From the NCBI GenBank assembly GCA_051294905.1, contig CM119379.1, positions 26,908,001-26,972,000 of the forward strand: 64,000 nt of DNA, read 5' to 3'. The stretch comes from Botryllus schlosseri. Taxonomy: Eukaryota. The notes under the pieces were generated by a model. That model made no database searches. It was not told the origin of the DNA and saw only the letters and a program-made list of their open reading frames with translations. The position numbers and the translations under genes are program-made. How positions within the stretch are numbered: position 1 is the first letter of the stretch; every line of letters starts with the position of its first letter. Positions 49,913 to 63,194 of the stretch are shown here, piece by piece.

Positions 49913-51496
49913 GTGTACATATGGTAAAGCACGTTATAATTCATTGCTCTTGTGTACAGCGGCCTAGTGTAGGACGCCATATTCTGCGTTCTATGAATTA
50001 TTATATTATAATTATTATTAATATTGTATCTTGAGCACGCCGATCGCGAGCCGGCGGTTAATAATTTGCGGGGGTCAACTCTAAATCGGGAATCGCAAAC
50101 TCTACGTCGTAATTGCCTCGATTATCATCTGATACGCAAACATTACCTTTTCACCCACTAAGCGTCAACGCAAAAACCATAGAACAGGACGCTGCTGTCT
50201 CGTCAGATTTTGCTTCAAAACGGGATCAAGCGACCCGTCGCAGCCCCACTTGGACTTGATATTCGGCTGGTCTTACCCAAATTAGATTATTATTAGAGTG
50301 ATAGCTACACAGTTTTCACTAACATTAGATTACAATTAGAATTACGAAATCAGCAAAGACATGGAAAGTGAATTCAATTCCGAATTACAAGGAGATGCAA
50401 CAAAAGTCATGTTCATCTCAAATCGAAGTTGATTCTTTTAAACACGAGAATGGAAAATGTCTGTACACCGAGATCGGCTCGTTCTGCACTATACTGTTCT
50501 CCTGTAGCGCTTTCAGTAAAACCGGAAATAAGATTAACACTAGAATTAGAATGAGTATAGAAACATTCCACAAATTAGATTTGAATTCGATTGCCAGCAG
50601 TTCTAATAAGACAACCAGTATTATCTAGTTGCCCAAGTATATGGTTACACCCCCTCCCAACAGAGACCTATATGTTGTCCGATGCATTTGATAATGAGGT
50701 CGGTTCCGTAGCTACAAGGTTTGGACAAACAGCGCTATCTCGTCGCAATACATTAGCTGCCAATTTGTTTTGAATCACTGACGAACAAACTCAATCGTCA
50801 GATAACAAAAGGAAATTCAGTGGCGATCAGAACTAGACTTCAAATATTTGCTCGACCGCCATCTTTGCAACATGTCCCGACGGGGTGTGTCTACGATGTC
50901 GCAGTCCACTGAGCGCAGATATCAGCCCGGATAATTCGGCTTAATGCTCTATAATTTGACAAACTTCATTCGCAGGCGAGGTTAGCCACCCATGGGTGGC
51001 GACACATGAACCCCGTCATTATCGACTTAAAGCTGTTACGTTGGTACGCGTAATGGCGCGATTTTGTGAGCTTCCAAAATTGAGCCGATAATATTGAGTT
51101 GACATCACACTTTGAAAGAAATATAAGTATCAGCCATTAATAAAGTATCGGAAATTATTGTGACGTCACACAATGACAGCAGCACGTATTAGGGACAGTT
51201 AGAGAAGTTTAATCTGCGACTGTTATACTGAGAATATTGATCTATTTTTGTAGCTTACAAGTACAAGTGGTCAAAGTAGTTTTCGGCGGTACTCAAATAG
51301 GAGTAGAAGTAATGCATTAAATTTCTACTCAAGTACACGTACAGGTAGCGATCCCCAAATAAAATTAAGTATTCTAGGTCCTATCTTTGCCAATAATTGA
51401 AAGCGTTAAGTAAAAGTAATCAAAAATCATGAGCACTTGAGTAAGTAAAGCAAGTAAGCAAATTCTACTTAAGCACTTTGAAAAGTGCATGCACTT

Positions 51497-51595
51497 TGTT
51501 GCTGACCACTCCTACGCCAACTCTTGATGAGAGCCAGCTCGGAAAGCATCGGGTAATAAATACGAATATATCATTCAAATGTATTATGAGGTATA
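51497..51595 (+). mobile_element. Hammerhead-repeat subfamily 2 copy
   Basis: gctgac...aactcTTGATGAgagccagctcGGAAAgcaTCgggtaataaatacgaatat; colinear with 24432-24530. Confidence 0.6.
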
Positions 51596-52387
51596 GTGCA
51601 CGCGGTTAATTATAGTACGTATACTCTAGGCAAAACCTACTTCAGTATTTCAGTACAGCAAAAGTACTTCTGCTTACAGATATGCAGAAGTAACCCTTCT
51701 AGTTTATTTCATGTCCAAGCATAACGATGGCTGTAAAGCTGTTGAAACTTGAGTTAAGCTAAAATCCATATTTTCTAATATCAGGCGAATATATCGAGGT
51801 TATCAGTTTTATCTGTGTCGGCTTAAAAATGTGGGTCTGATTGACACCGTTTTCATCATTTTCTTTCTCGTACGAAATGCTATCCACTCAAGCACTCGTC
51901 ATAATGACTTGTCGCTCACAGCGTCAAAGCAGGCATCAAAGTGGACGTATCGTGACTCGATAACGCGCATTAAACTTTAACGGACAGGCGAGCATCGATT
52001 TCTCATTTGTAAATATCGCGAAATATCGGCCGCCCAAACTCCTCTGGGACTCTAACAAGTCTGATACTCGCGTGAGAAGACAATTTGTCACAGAGTGACT
52101 TCTGCCACGAGAAATACCGATAATTAGTGAGCAGGGAATTGAGTAGTCCGGCCTAGGCTTTTTATCCCATTAAAGGCGCGCTTTGGCATATTGCGTTAAA
52201 ACACCCTTAAAAGCAAATCATTCAGTGTCACGAATCACGGGTTGGGCGAAATCGAGTACCTGAGAGACTCAATTCTGAATCAAGTATTGGGCTTGGGGTC
52301 ATCTCGAGTATTTGGATATCATTCATTATTACATCGAAACGGTAATGAAAGATGTAGAAAGTTCGAATATGTAGCCTACCTTTTATG

Positions 52388-52626
52388 TAGCGTTACCATA
52401 TTTTGAGATCCGAAAAAGTGGACACCTTCTAAAGGACACCCGATTTCTTACGGAACTGTAACGTTGGCTGTGTGGAGGTCGGGTTTTTTATGGAAGTGTA
52501 ATACTTTTTCTCTAGAAAAAGAGGACAAATTCCCCAGAAGAGAACAGTTAAGCGTCCTCCAAGGATACTTTTAATTTATTGAAAAAGAGGACAAATCCTC
52601 TTAAAAGAAGACGTATGTTAACCCTA
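52388..52626. mobile_element. hAT MITE family G nested in family F
   Basis: tagcgttaccata ... tatgttaacccta; perfect TSD CTTTTATG. Confidence 0.85.
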
Positions 52627-53703
52627 CTTTTATGCGACCACTGAAAGTATAGAATGCCGGTTCTACATCACATGAACAAATGATAATTTTGTATTTCCTT
52701 GACCATTCTATTTCATCGCATTTTGTGACAATACTGTGGGCCGAACAGGACTTCACATAAATGATATTTCCAGTTACGTACATGCGGCTTAAGCTATATA
52801 CGTGTTTCATTTTGCTGCATTACGAGTAATAAAAGTTTCAAGGCTTCCACAGCGGAAAATAGTATCGAAACTAGAGTCTGACCGATATTGGATTTGTTTA
52901 TGTCGATAGCGATAAAACCGATATCTTCCACCGATAAGGATAACACCGATATATTCAGCAGATATTCAAATATAGTGGAATCAACCTCATAAGGCGCGTA
53001 TTAAAAACTTCGGAGCATTTATACCGACAGCTTTACAGCCATGCATTGTCATACTCGAACATGAAATGAACTAGAAAGGCTGCATCTGAACACCTTGAAA
53101 CTGCAAGCTGTACGAAATATAGCAATATTCCTAGTCTGGCGTTCAAGGATTATAGTTTTCTGACTTCCTACCACCATGTCGTGACGTCACCTGATTTGGT
53201 GATAATTTTTCACCTCCAATGGCCGATACCGATAATGCTTTCAAAGTGTGATATCGACTCGATATTATCGGCGAACCGAATCTGTTGGGCTCTAATCGAA
53301 ACTATATAATTTTCGTTGATAAATGAAATCTTAGTGTCAAAGGGCGTATATACTAGAATCATTAGTATATATACTCGATCCAGAGTTACGTAACTACGAA
53401 CGACCACCTCGTTGTAATAAGAGGTCGAAGTAGCATTCATCTCAGAGGCAGAGGATCATATCATAGATCCATCGGATTACTCGCGCGGATTACCAGATAT
53501 CCAGAAAACAGGCTTGCCTGCCATTAAACGATATTTTTTGCAAAAACTTGTACTTTCTGAGGAAACGGGGATGGAAGTATTAACAATGACGGAGCAAAAC
53601 GAAGGGTTGTTCTATTTCTGATTTTCTTACGAACGCAAAAAGTATATGAGTCTCGGTAATTTTCACGCGTTCGACCTGAATTGAAATGGACACAACAGAA
53701 CAT

Positions 53704-54172
53704 TAGGGCTGGGCGCAATGATTCGGGAACTGAAATCTGAGTCGATTATATTACTTCTCTTGTAAATAATCGAGTGGAGTATAGTGAGACATGATATTTA
53801 CGAATAATGAAATGATACATTCCCTGCCACTAAGAGTTTCTTTTTCGCGGAGAATTAAAGTTTCGTTTCTGTTTTCCACTATATCGAACCTTTGAACCAC
53901 CGAATGGCCGTCGAAATGACATATCTGTGAAACAGTGGTCAACACACAGTATTGTCATAAAGTGCGATGAAACAGGTATGGTCGAAATTATAACAAATCC
54001 TCATTAATGTGACGTAGAACCGGCAATAGTTTTCAGTATTCACATGAAATGTACATATTTGAACTTTCCACATTCTTCCTGTTGCTGTGACCTCCAAACC
54101 AAAGATACTCAAATAACCGATTCGACTCTTAGTTTAATACTCGATTTAAAGTGCTCGATTTTGCCCAGCCTC
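53704..54172. mobile_element. hAT MITE family F
   Basis: tagggctgggc ... gcccagcct; internal core homologous to 47115-47568 in reverse. Confidence 0.7.
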
Positions 54173-55659
54173 GCAAATTACTTTCCGCTCATTACATGAG
54201 TTCGAACGCGGAATTTCTGGCACTTCGCTGAAATGTTTGCGTTCGAGATCAGCGAACTGTCGGTTTTTTCAAGTCTCGCATCGAGGAGTGAGGTAACATC
54301 CCTTTGGTCAACATTTTACCCCTTCCCGCTGCCTTCGCTTCGACCACTCAACATGAGCCAACACTTTTATTAAGCAGTGTCGTCTTGGCGGTAAATTGTC
54401 AAATGTGACCCATATATCATGACATATTATAATTCTCCCTATATATATTATTGTCTTCCCGAAAAAGTCAAGCCTCACATGTCTAATCGATATAACTCTT
54501 ATTGGAAATGTGATTTGCGGTTTTCCTGAAAATGCTACTGGAGAACTATGTATATGGTGCGGAACGAGCCAATTTGGGCGTACAGACAGTTCCCATTCTC
54601 GTGCTTACCAGAATGAACTCTGATTTGCATGAAGGGAATCGAAATATAATTCAATTTGCAAGTTTTTTGCAATTTCAGTCATTCTAATTCTGATTGGACT
54701 TGAAAACCGACATCATTACGAAATACATCGACTACCACGGGTCTATCGGAAGGGGGCATAACCGTGGACCAATAAATAATTCTGTTTAATTACCAATTAG
54801 AGTGATATGCTGGTTATATAATTCTATTCAGATTTGCAAAATGTTTCTATGCTCTTAGTGTAATTCTAATATAATAGTCTGAAATGATACCGAAGAACTG
54901 TATAGTGCTAAACGGGCCAAAGCTCGACCGACAGACATCTATCATCCTCACTTTTATTCGGTGTGAAGTAAACTTTTGTTACTATTCTGTTTAATTGAAT
55001 TCATTTTCCAAGGTTTTTTGCGAATTCATTATATCTAATTGTAATCTAATATTTGTAAATATTGTGTAGCTATCATTCTAATTGTAATTAAAATTAGAAA
55101 ATATGAATATTTCCTATGGTTATCCAATTCTGCTTGGCAGTAAACTGTCAAATGCGACCAAGAGCCTATCTCACGTTGAAGTCCTCCCGGTAAAGTCAAA
55201 GCTCACATGTCTAATCGATCACCCCCGATTCATTCCTCCGAATAATCTCGTCCTAACTCGGAAATGTCGACTCTCGCGGAAAACGGATCCGCAGACCAAC
55301 GTTAAGCGTGACGTAACAGCCACTTGTCGCCGTTCTTATCCCGATCACTCGAAAATCCTCGCGACACTCACGAGATGAGAGCTCTCGATGTGATGGCCAA
55401 GTTCAAAGTGAATGTAGTTGATGATTTGAAAGCGAATTCGCAACCAACCCAGGTACGTCGGCCTTGATGCCGACAGGGTGGTCAGGAGGCTTACTTCTAC
55501 TTTTTCAGAGCCATCAAGTAGATTTTGGCTGCTTCCACAAGTGTTATGTTGGTTGCTGGTATGTTAATTCTGCTTCGGCTACTATGGTCATTTACACCAG
55601 GCTGATATTTTGTATTATTATTCCTGTTACGTCGGCCCGGTCCACTTTAATTCTATACT

Positions 55660-55921
55660 CTTGAAGAGCTTCTTGAAGATACAGAACTTCAATATGTAAT
55701 TGAATAGTATATTGATATTGAAATGAACCGGAATATTTCGGCTGGCATCTCGTCAGGGGTAATCGTCAGCAACTGATAAGTAATTGGAAATAACATTGTA
55801 TTGTATTTATTGTTGCTATACAATGTTCTTTCCTATTTTCTACCATTTGCTGACGATTACCCCTGACGAGTGTCAGCCGAAAATATTGGGGTTCATTTCA
55901 ATATGATTATACTAATCAATT
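55660..55921. mobile_element. Head-to-head inverted pair of hammerhead repeats (~105 bp arms) inserted into a SINE
   Basis: Arms 55698-55803 and ~55818-55921 are reverse complements; SINE sequence on both sides (55560-55660, 55920-55955). Confidence 0.75.
55847..55894 (+). ncRNA. Hammerhead copy intact except cleavage-site nucleotide (C17 to G); probably inactive
   Basis: gctgacgattacccCTGACGAgtgtcagccGAAAatatTGgggtt. Confidence 0.6.
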
Positions 55922-57215
55922 CTAGGCTTTTGTATGATGCCGCTTACGCAGATCACAAATGGTTGTGATCTTACACTGTTTGCACTTCTATACTGAACAG
56001 TTTTCAATTTTTTTGTGGCAAAACTAGACCTAGCATGCTTAATTTCTACTTGATTTGAAAACAGCTACTTCTGATTGTAATTGAGTGGAAATTTACGACC
56101 GCATACTTTAAGTATACTCAAAGTGGAAATTGCAGTAACAAAGTACTTCTATTTTTCCAGAGCACGCAAAGTAGGTAATGCCTGTTTGCAATACTTACTC
56201 AACTAGTCGTCATTTTACACTATAATCCCATTAGTACTTTTACGGTATGTAAGCAAAACTACTTTGCCATTGCAGTAGCTGCAAAATATATTTTCGAAGA
56301 ATGTACCTATTGGTATAGTGGTCATTGTGCGTTGGTCACGAAGATACATCTTGTAATTTCGAAAGCATATTCACCGCAGAGTAGCTTTACCATAATTTGA
56401 GACCGAGAAAAGAGGACACTTTTTTCAAATCGCAAAACTTGTAATATCGGGTGAGAAAACGGGTAATTTGAATTTTTTTACTTAAAATACTGTTGCGTTG
56501 ATTTAAAATTTGAAAAAAGGGTCATTTCTCCAACTGGACTCCCGGAAGGTCCGCTCTATCATCATTTACCTCATGGATGCCTATTTTTATTCATCCTTTC
56601 CGTCCCTGCCGTCGAAATCCACATTTAACGTCATTTATGGCGTTTTTTAAATGCGCCTGTACAATCGCCAGGCTGTCAGGGCTATAAAGAAGGACGAATT
56701 GCGAAAAAGTAGGACATTTGGGCGTCCTCGGAAGACATTTTCGATTTCCTGAAAAAGGAAGACAAATCATCACTCCACGTTAGAGGAACTGCTAAATGTA
56801 TGCGAATCCTCGTCCAGGACCTCTACATGTTATTAAAGCTGCTTACTTTAATACTTTTCAAATCTTTCATTCTCTACTTTCACATGTGTAATTTTGGCAT
56901 GTCTTAGAAACATCGATTTCTATTTGTAATATGGACTAGAAATGTGCGACGTTTGCCTGCATCTTGAATTTGCGTCTCATCGCAATTAGTTTTAACCGCC
57001 ACAGAGTGTTTATCTAGCATTATAGCCGTCAATTTGTTTTATCTCAAGATCTTCCATGCTTACAACTGCTTGTCAAAACCGTAACGACTTTGTTTTACAA
57101 TCGGGTAAATTTCTGGGTTCAGTCTGGTTTGTGATTCTTCCGCATGACGCGGTGAATAGTCTTTTGAACTGTGGAGTCTGACAAAAGCACAAGTTACGAA
57201 GCGTCTCGAATCGCT

Positions 57216-57650
57216 CAGGGCTGGGCTGACTATTAATTCTAATGATTCGAGTCTCAAGTAGTGAGAGACGATTTTTCGAATACTGAAATGACATTCTCCT
57301 TGACAGTAAGAGTTAATTTATCAACGAAAAACATAGTTTCGATGCTATTTTCCTCAGTGGCAGCCTTGAAATCTCTATTGGCGGTATCGCAGAATACAAA
57401 ATATGTAGTTAAAGCTACGCACGTGAGTGGAAACGACATATCTGTGAAGTCGACAAAATACCAAATCATCAGGTGATGTAGAACTGTGATTGTATTCTTT
57501 GTATGATCGCATAAACGGTACATAATTTCCATAGCATATCTATACTCTTATGGCGTCAAATGAGGGATAATCGAATGCTCGGCTTGAGTCGAAGCCTAAT
57601 ACTCGATTCTAAATCGAATCACTCAGGTAATCTCGATTTAGCCAAGCCTT
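57216..57650. mobile_element. hAT MITE family F
   Basis: cagggctgggc ... gccaagcctt; same internal core. Confidence 0.7.
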
Positions 57651-58257
57651 AAACTAACATTGGTGCCCAAATTATCATCAAGCCATACCATGTACTTTGA
57701 AACGAAAATTCTCCCTTCGCATTTTCAAAATATCCTTGTCATTCGTTTCTTAACAAAGCCCCGCTTCACGTAGAGGTCACGCAACAAAGCTAACCTGAGT
57801 GAAAAGTTTGAAAAATGAAATCCGAAAAAGGATCGATTTGTGCGATTCCTGTGTATTTTATCACTCAGCCGTAAACGAGGCAAGACGACTTAGCAGTGGG
57901 GCCGCGAGATGCCAGCAAGGCATAGAAACGTGCACCTTGATTTCTGCACCGTTCGTAAAAGAAGCAGGTTTGCTTTTCAGACGCGATGTACGCATTATCA
58001 CACACCGCTCGTCTCTGACAATTCGATTCACGGTGTTCGGAAAAGCCGCGCCTATACGCGCGCTACTTTCATCGAGATTGTGCATCCGTTAAGAGCCGAT
58101 CTCTCATTCCTGTTATAAATTATGAAAGTCACAAATGATGCGCATCCTCATTCAAGGCGAACCCTTTCCCATGACCGGCACCGTTAATAAATAAGAGGAT
58201 TACCTCTCGTAATCGAAGCAAGACCAAGTTCATATACACATGTTTCGAAATAGAATG

Positions 58258-58520
58258 TGAAGAGCTTCTTGGAGGTACGGAACTTAAATATACATTCATT
58301 TTATTGAATAATATATTCATATTGGAATAAGCCTGAATATGATCGGCTGACACTCGTCAGGGGTAATCGTCATCAACTAGTAGAGAATTGAAAAGAACAT
58401 TGTGTATCATATATTTACTGATACGATGATTGATGTACAATGTTTTTTCAGTTGCTGACGATTACCCATGACCAGTATCAACCGAAAACAATCGGGTTTA
58501 TTTCAAAATGAATATATTAT
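58258..58520. mobile_element. Head-to-head inverted pair of hammerhead repeats (both cores mutated)
   Basis: ggctgacactcgtcaggggtaatcgtc ... gctgacgattacccatgaccagtatcaaccgaaa. Confidence 0.7.
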
Positions 58521-59422
58521 TTAAAAGAATGCCAGAAATCTGGCAACATCTCTGGATAACCTCGAAGCATGAAGGGTAATACTGAATGCTTCTCAGGTCT
58601 GATCTGACCAGACTTGGACAAATAGATAATTGTATTTTTTTTTGTAATTGTCATTTTCGATCGTGACAAAGTGGATGTTAACCCAACTACGAATAAGACT
58701 TGAACAATTTCATGATTCTAGCTGTCCAATGAGACAAATTCAATTCGATTCAATTAATTGCTAACAATTTCTTCATTTCAGGACACCACAAGATTGCGAC
58801 ACAATGACGGATAGGAAGGAGTCGAAACGACTTGGAGTAGTCTTCGGAATCGGACACCTACCTGGCACAGGCGATTAAAAAGGAGGCATGCACACTGAAT
58901 GAAAAGTAAACGAAGTTAATATAAAGGACATGTGACAAAAAACGTGACATGTCTCGGAAGGCGAGATCGATATGTTAAGTCGTGGTCCGGTAAACCAGAG
59001 GACTAACTATAGTATTGATTATGATGAAATGCCAGTAAACTAATTTGTGAAATGTTTCTGCTCCCATTCTGATTTTAGCATAATTTCTGGATTTCATGAA
59101 AATGCCACACTAGAACTGCATAGTGGGAAACGAGCTAAGCTCGGTGTACACTGTACAGACATTTGCCATTCTCGCGCTTATTATGAGGATGAACTTCGAT
59201 TTGGTATGAAGTGAACTTTATTTTTGTTTTGTTTCTTTCTAATTGGGAATTGAATTCAATTCACGACATTTTGTGAATCCAGTTATTCTAATTCTAATCT
59301 GATTTGGTAAAAATTGTGTAACTATAATGCTAGTTATAATCTAATTTGGAAATTTTCTAGGTGTCCAACTGTGACTGGTGCGCCCATACCGCGATCAGCT
59401 TTCACTGCTCAAAGGTATAGAA

Positions 59423-60695
59423 CTGTGGTCGGGAACCTTTTTTGTCAAAAGAGCCATATTGGCTCTATTTTTACCATTTTAACTCCCAAAGAGCCACACA
59501 TGTAAATCAACTGTCGCGTCACAATTGAAAATCCGTGACGTCATGGTGGCACTAATTCGAATTACATGGAATTCGTCGTGTGCGCCACATTTTCTCTGTA
59601 GACACTCCTAATAATCATGCTGGTTGCCTTATTTAAGCTTGAGCTTTAAACTTGAGTTACGAGAACGTAGATCCGTCGTTATGCTCCTTTAAATGCGAGT
59701 AACCATGATCACATGCGTAGGTGGAGCCAAAAATGTTCACTGCAGCAGTATCCATAAGACCATATCCATACCACTGAGCTATAACACCATACCCACTCTA
59801 AGCTGTGATACATCAGTGACGTCAGGTTCAGTGCCTCGCCCGTCGTCAGGATGTTTGAACGAAATTGTGAAACGTTCGATTACTATTGGTATTTTCTTTC
59901 GATGTTCAGTTCACGAATGTCAAGATTTTGAACATTTTCTCCCCAAATCACACAATTTGCATATTTATTGTTCGAAGATAAATAACGAGAGTTTGGCGCA
60001 AGACAGCACAGACGGGACAAGCCTCACCATTGGTAACGCAATTCATCGTAAATAGCTTCAAATATATTATACCTGATAATAATCGAATGAACGATTCCGA
60101 AAATCTAAATACTGCTCGACTTCTCAATTCTCAAAGAATTCGCCAGTAACATATAACGTTGCGCTACGCCTACATTTTATTGCCGGTACTACAGAGCAAC
60201 TTACCAATCAGCGAACGTGGATAGCTATGACATTGTTTGTAATTCGAGTTTGTAATTGTGAATGTAACGTCCACGGCAGTTCATTTCGCGCCGTAGATCA
60301 GGAAGACAATGTGTATTCCAAAACAGCGTTGTCATATGGACGTCGCAATGTCTGCTATTCTATCTGATCAACCAACGTCTCGTGCAATCCAAGATTTCGA
60401 GTCGGGTACATCTAATTCGCGAGTGATATAAGTCGCCGGCGCGACAGCAACATAAATTTAGGTATTTTGAAAAGAGGGGTCCAAGCCCCTAAACCTGAAG
60501 ACGGCATTGTCTTTACTTCTCAAAGACATGTTTATACTCTCACGAGAATAATTATTCTGGCCGTGATGAAAATGTACTAACAAGATGCTGCAATATTTAT
60601 CAATTCAATACAGAAAATAAATATTTGGCAAAGAGCCATATCTTATACCCAAAAGAGCAATATATGGCTCGCGAGCCATAGGTTCCCGACCACTG
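59423..60695. mobile_element. 1.27-kb non-autonomous hAT (Buster-type) element
   Basis: ctgtggtcgggaacc / ggttcccgaccactg; TSD gtatagaa/gcatagaa (7/8); gagcc subterminal repeats. Confidence 0.8.
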
Positions 60696-61960
60696 GCATA
60701 GAAGCTGACGGCTTCCTCTGACCACGGCGAGTAGTTAACTATACAGGTCAACCCAGTTTGAAGGGTTGGTGTAATTTGAGACACTTTTAAAATCATTGCC
60801 CTTGAATTTACAAAGCTGACTAATCGTTTAACCTTGCGATTGTCGTTTTAGGGATTAAAACCTAATTTACTGCACCGTTTCGTCCAGTCATACGCGAAAA
60901 ATTCAAAGTCCAAACAAGAGGCCGGCTGAGTCACGTACTTTTGCAAACCTTGTCATGACAGCAAACACAGTCGGAGCCTCGTGTTGCTGCATGGTGTGGA
61001 TGTCAAAGCGGAACGGGGGCTGACTCACGTTGTTAAGGGTGGAAACCGTTTAGTTCGGCCAGAGGAACGACTACACTGTTGGAAAGTAAGGGACTTCCAT
61101 TGCTACCACCCCATACAAAATGAAACACGGTATCTTCACGCTTGTAACCATACAAGTACTGGAACAGTATTTCACCAGCAATTCGCCAAGTCGTCGAGCA
61201 TTTCCAATGGACATTGTCCGCATTATCGCAAAATACACAATATGCATATTCCTGAATTTCTTCGACTGGAATAATTCCCTCTCTTTCTCATCAGTAGCGC
61301 AAGTCATTCAGAATACACCAGTCAAATTACAATTCATTCGAAAAGCTTTGAGTGAAATAAATTGAGCAATATGAAAATATTCTTGGATTATATTTTGAAG
61401 TTCTGTACTTCTAAAAGCCTATTTCAATACCTGTCCACATTCAAGTCAAAATATAGGGGCAGCTTCAATTGAATAAATACTTTAGTCCTTTTGAGTTCCG
61501 TAATAAAGGACACATTTTACAAATCGCAAAACTTATAAAATCGGATGAGAATACGGGTTGATGCTGTGTTGACTAAAAAAAGTTCATTTTCCAAATCGAA
61601 TCCCGGAAAATCAGATCTAGGGTTATTTTTAGTCATCCTTACCGTCATTTATGCCGTTTTTCAGTTCTGTCAGTACAATGACCCTGCTATCAAAGTTATA
61701 AAGAAGGACATTTGGGCGTCCTGGGAGGACATTTTCGATTCCTTGAAAAATAAGGACAAATCCTCCTAAAGGAAGACGTAGGGCGAAGTAGGGCGACCCT
61801 ACTATATAGTCAGCCCTTGAGAGTTCCTAGCCACGGAGTGAACTACCGATACATACCATATTCAATTTCATCGATTGTCCTTTTATGTAATCTCTCGTTC
61901 CTTTTCATTCAGTGTACAACTTACAGTGTATGCCTCTTATTTAGATACTTTGTTCTAAGC

Positions 61961-62275
61961 CAGTGATTCTTAACCAGGGTTCACTGAGCCAGACTCAGGA
62001 GTTCGGCGGAGGTCAAGAGTATACCGCTGAAGTCACATTGATTTGCAGTAAATAAGGATTATAATCGTTTTGTTTTGCATGAAAATCATAATTCTATGAA
62101 ATATTATTATTTTAAAAATGTAGTTCATTTCCTGCGACTATTATTCTATGGTAGTGTATTAGATTTGTAATCTTGTATATTTTCGTTTATGTCACTCAAA
62201 GAATATATGGGGTTAGCCGAAAGCTTGTAGATTAGCCTAAGGCTTCGACGGGTTTGCAAAGGTTACGAACCATTG
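61961..62275. mobile_element. hAT (Buster-type) MITE at the family-E hotspot, opposite orientation to the 48634 copy
   Basis: cagtgattcttaacc ... ggttacgaaccattg; left flank ttctaagc. Confidence 0.7.
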
Positions 62276-63194
62276 CCTGATTCAAAAAATACTACAGGTC
62301 TTTTCGACACCTTCCTATCTTTTCATTGTACTGCAATCTAGTGGTGTATTGATCGGATGAAATTATAAACAATTGAATTAACGAATGAAACGTGAATGGG
62401 GCGACTTGCCGGCGTCACCAACGCGAATCGATTCCGACAGTTACTCTAGCGCGAAAACAGTCGGATTTGAATTTGACCCAGACCGTAGCGGGGCGACCTT
62501 GCGAGTCGTCTTTAAACCAAAGATCCGCTGAACTGACATCGAAGACCACGACCTTTAATCCCTTTTAAACCCCATCCCGCATTTTCCCATGAAGCGCGAA
62601 CGTGGCTCGCCTTTTCGCCACCCAGCAATCTGCGAGGTGTGATGGCAGTCAATGCAGATAGTATAGACCTTGACTTCGAGTGGGTGATCTATTGATATAA
62701 AGAAGCTTGATGGGTTGACTTTCGCTCATGCTATGAAGCGCAACTTGACGCATTTGTTACGCGTATAACTCGTCCTTTATTTTAACAGGTACTAATACAC
62801 GAGACTTTATTACTTTCATTCAATGTGCCTGGGCCAAGGTCTCATTGAAAGACTACTAAAAAAGTCTTTTCGACTTATCGACGTAACTTTGCATTTCATT
62901 GAAATCAGGATAGCTGTGGATACCAGTTTTCGAATCTCACCTGGCCGGGGATCGAACCCACGACCTACACTATCTCTTTACTATCTCTTTAGTACTAATT
63001 TTACTATGTCTGGCTAGGAAAACAAATTCACAACCGTGACATTTCAAACCAGGGGTTCTTTACCAGGGTTCAAAAGAACCCCGTGGGGTTCTCTGGGCCG
63101 GTCCCAGGGCTTCACCGAAGGTCGAGAGACATAGGCCTACTTGACTCATATAAATGAGAAGTCACATTGATTTACAGTAAATAGTCAAGAGATT

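Noticed and set aside
59860-60060. NGEACPVCAVLRQTL as a possible BED-finger relic inside the 59423-60695 element
   Set aside because: Too short and interrupted to support without a profile search
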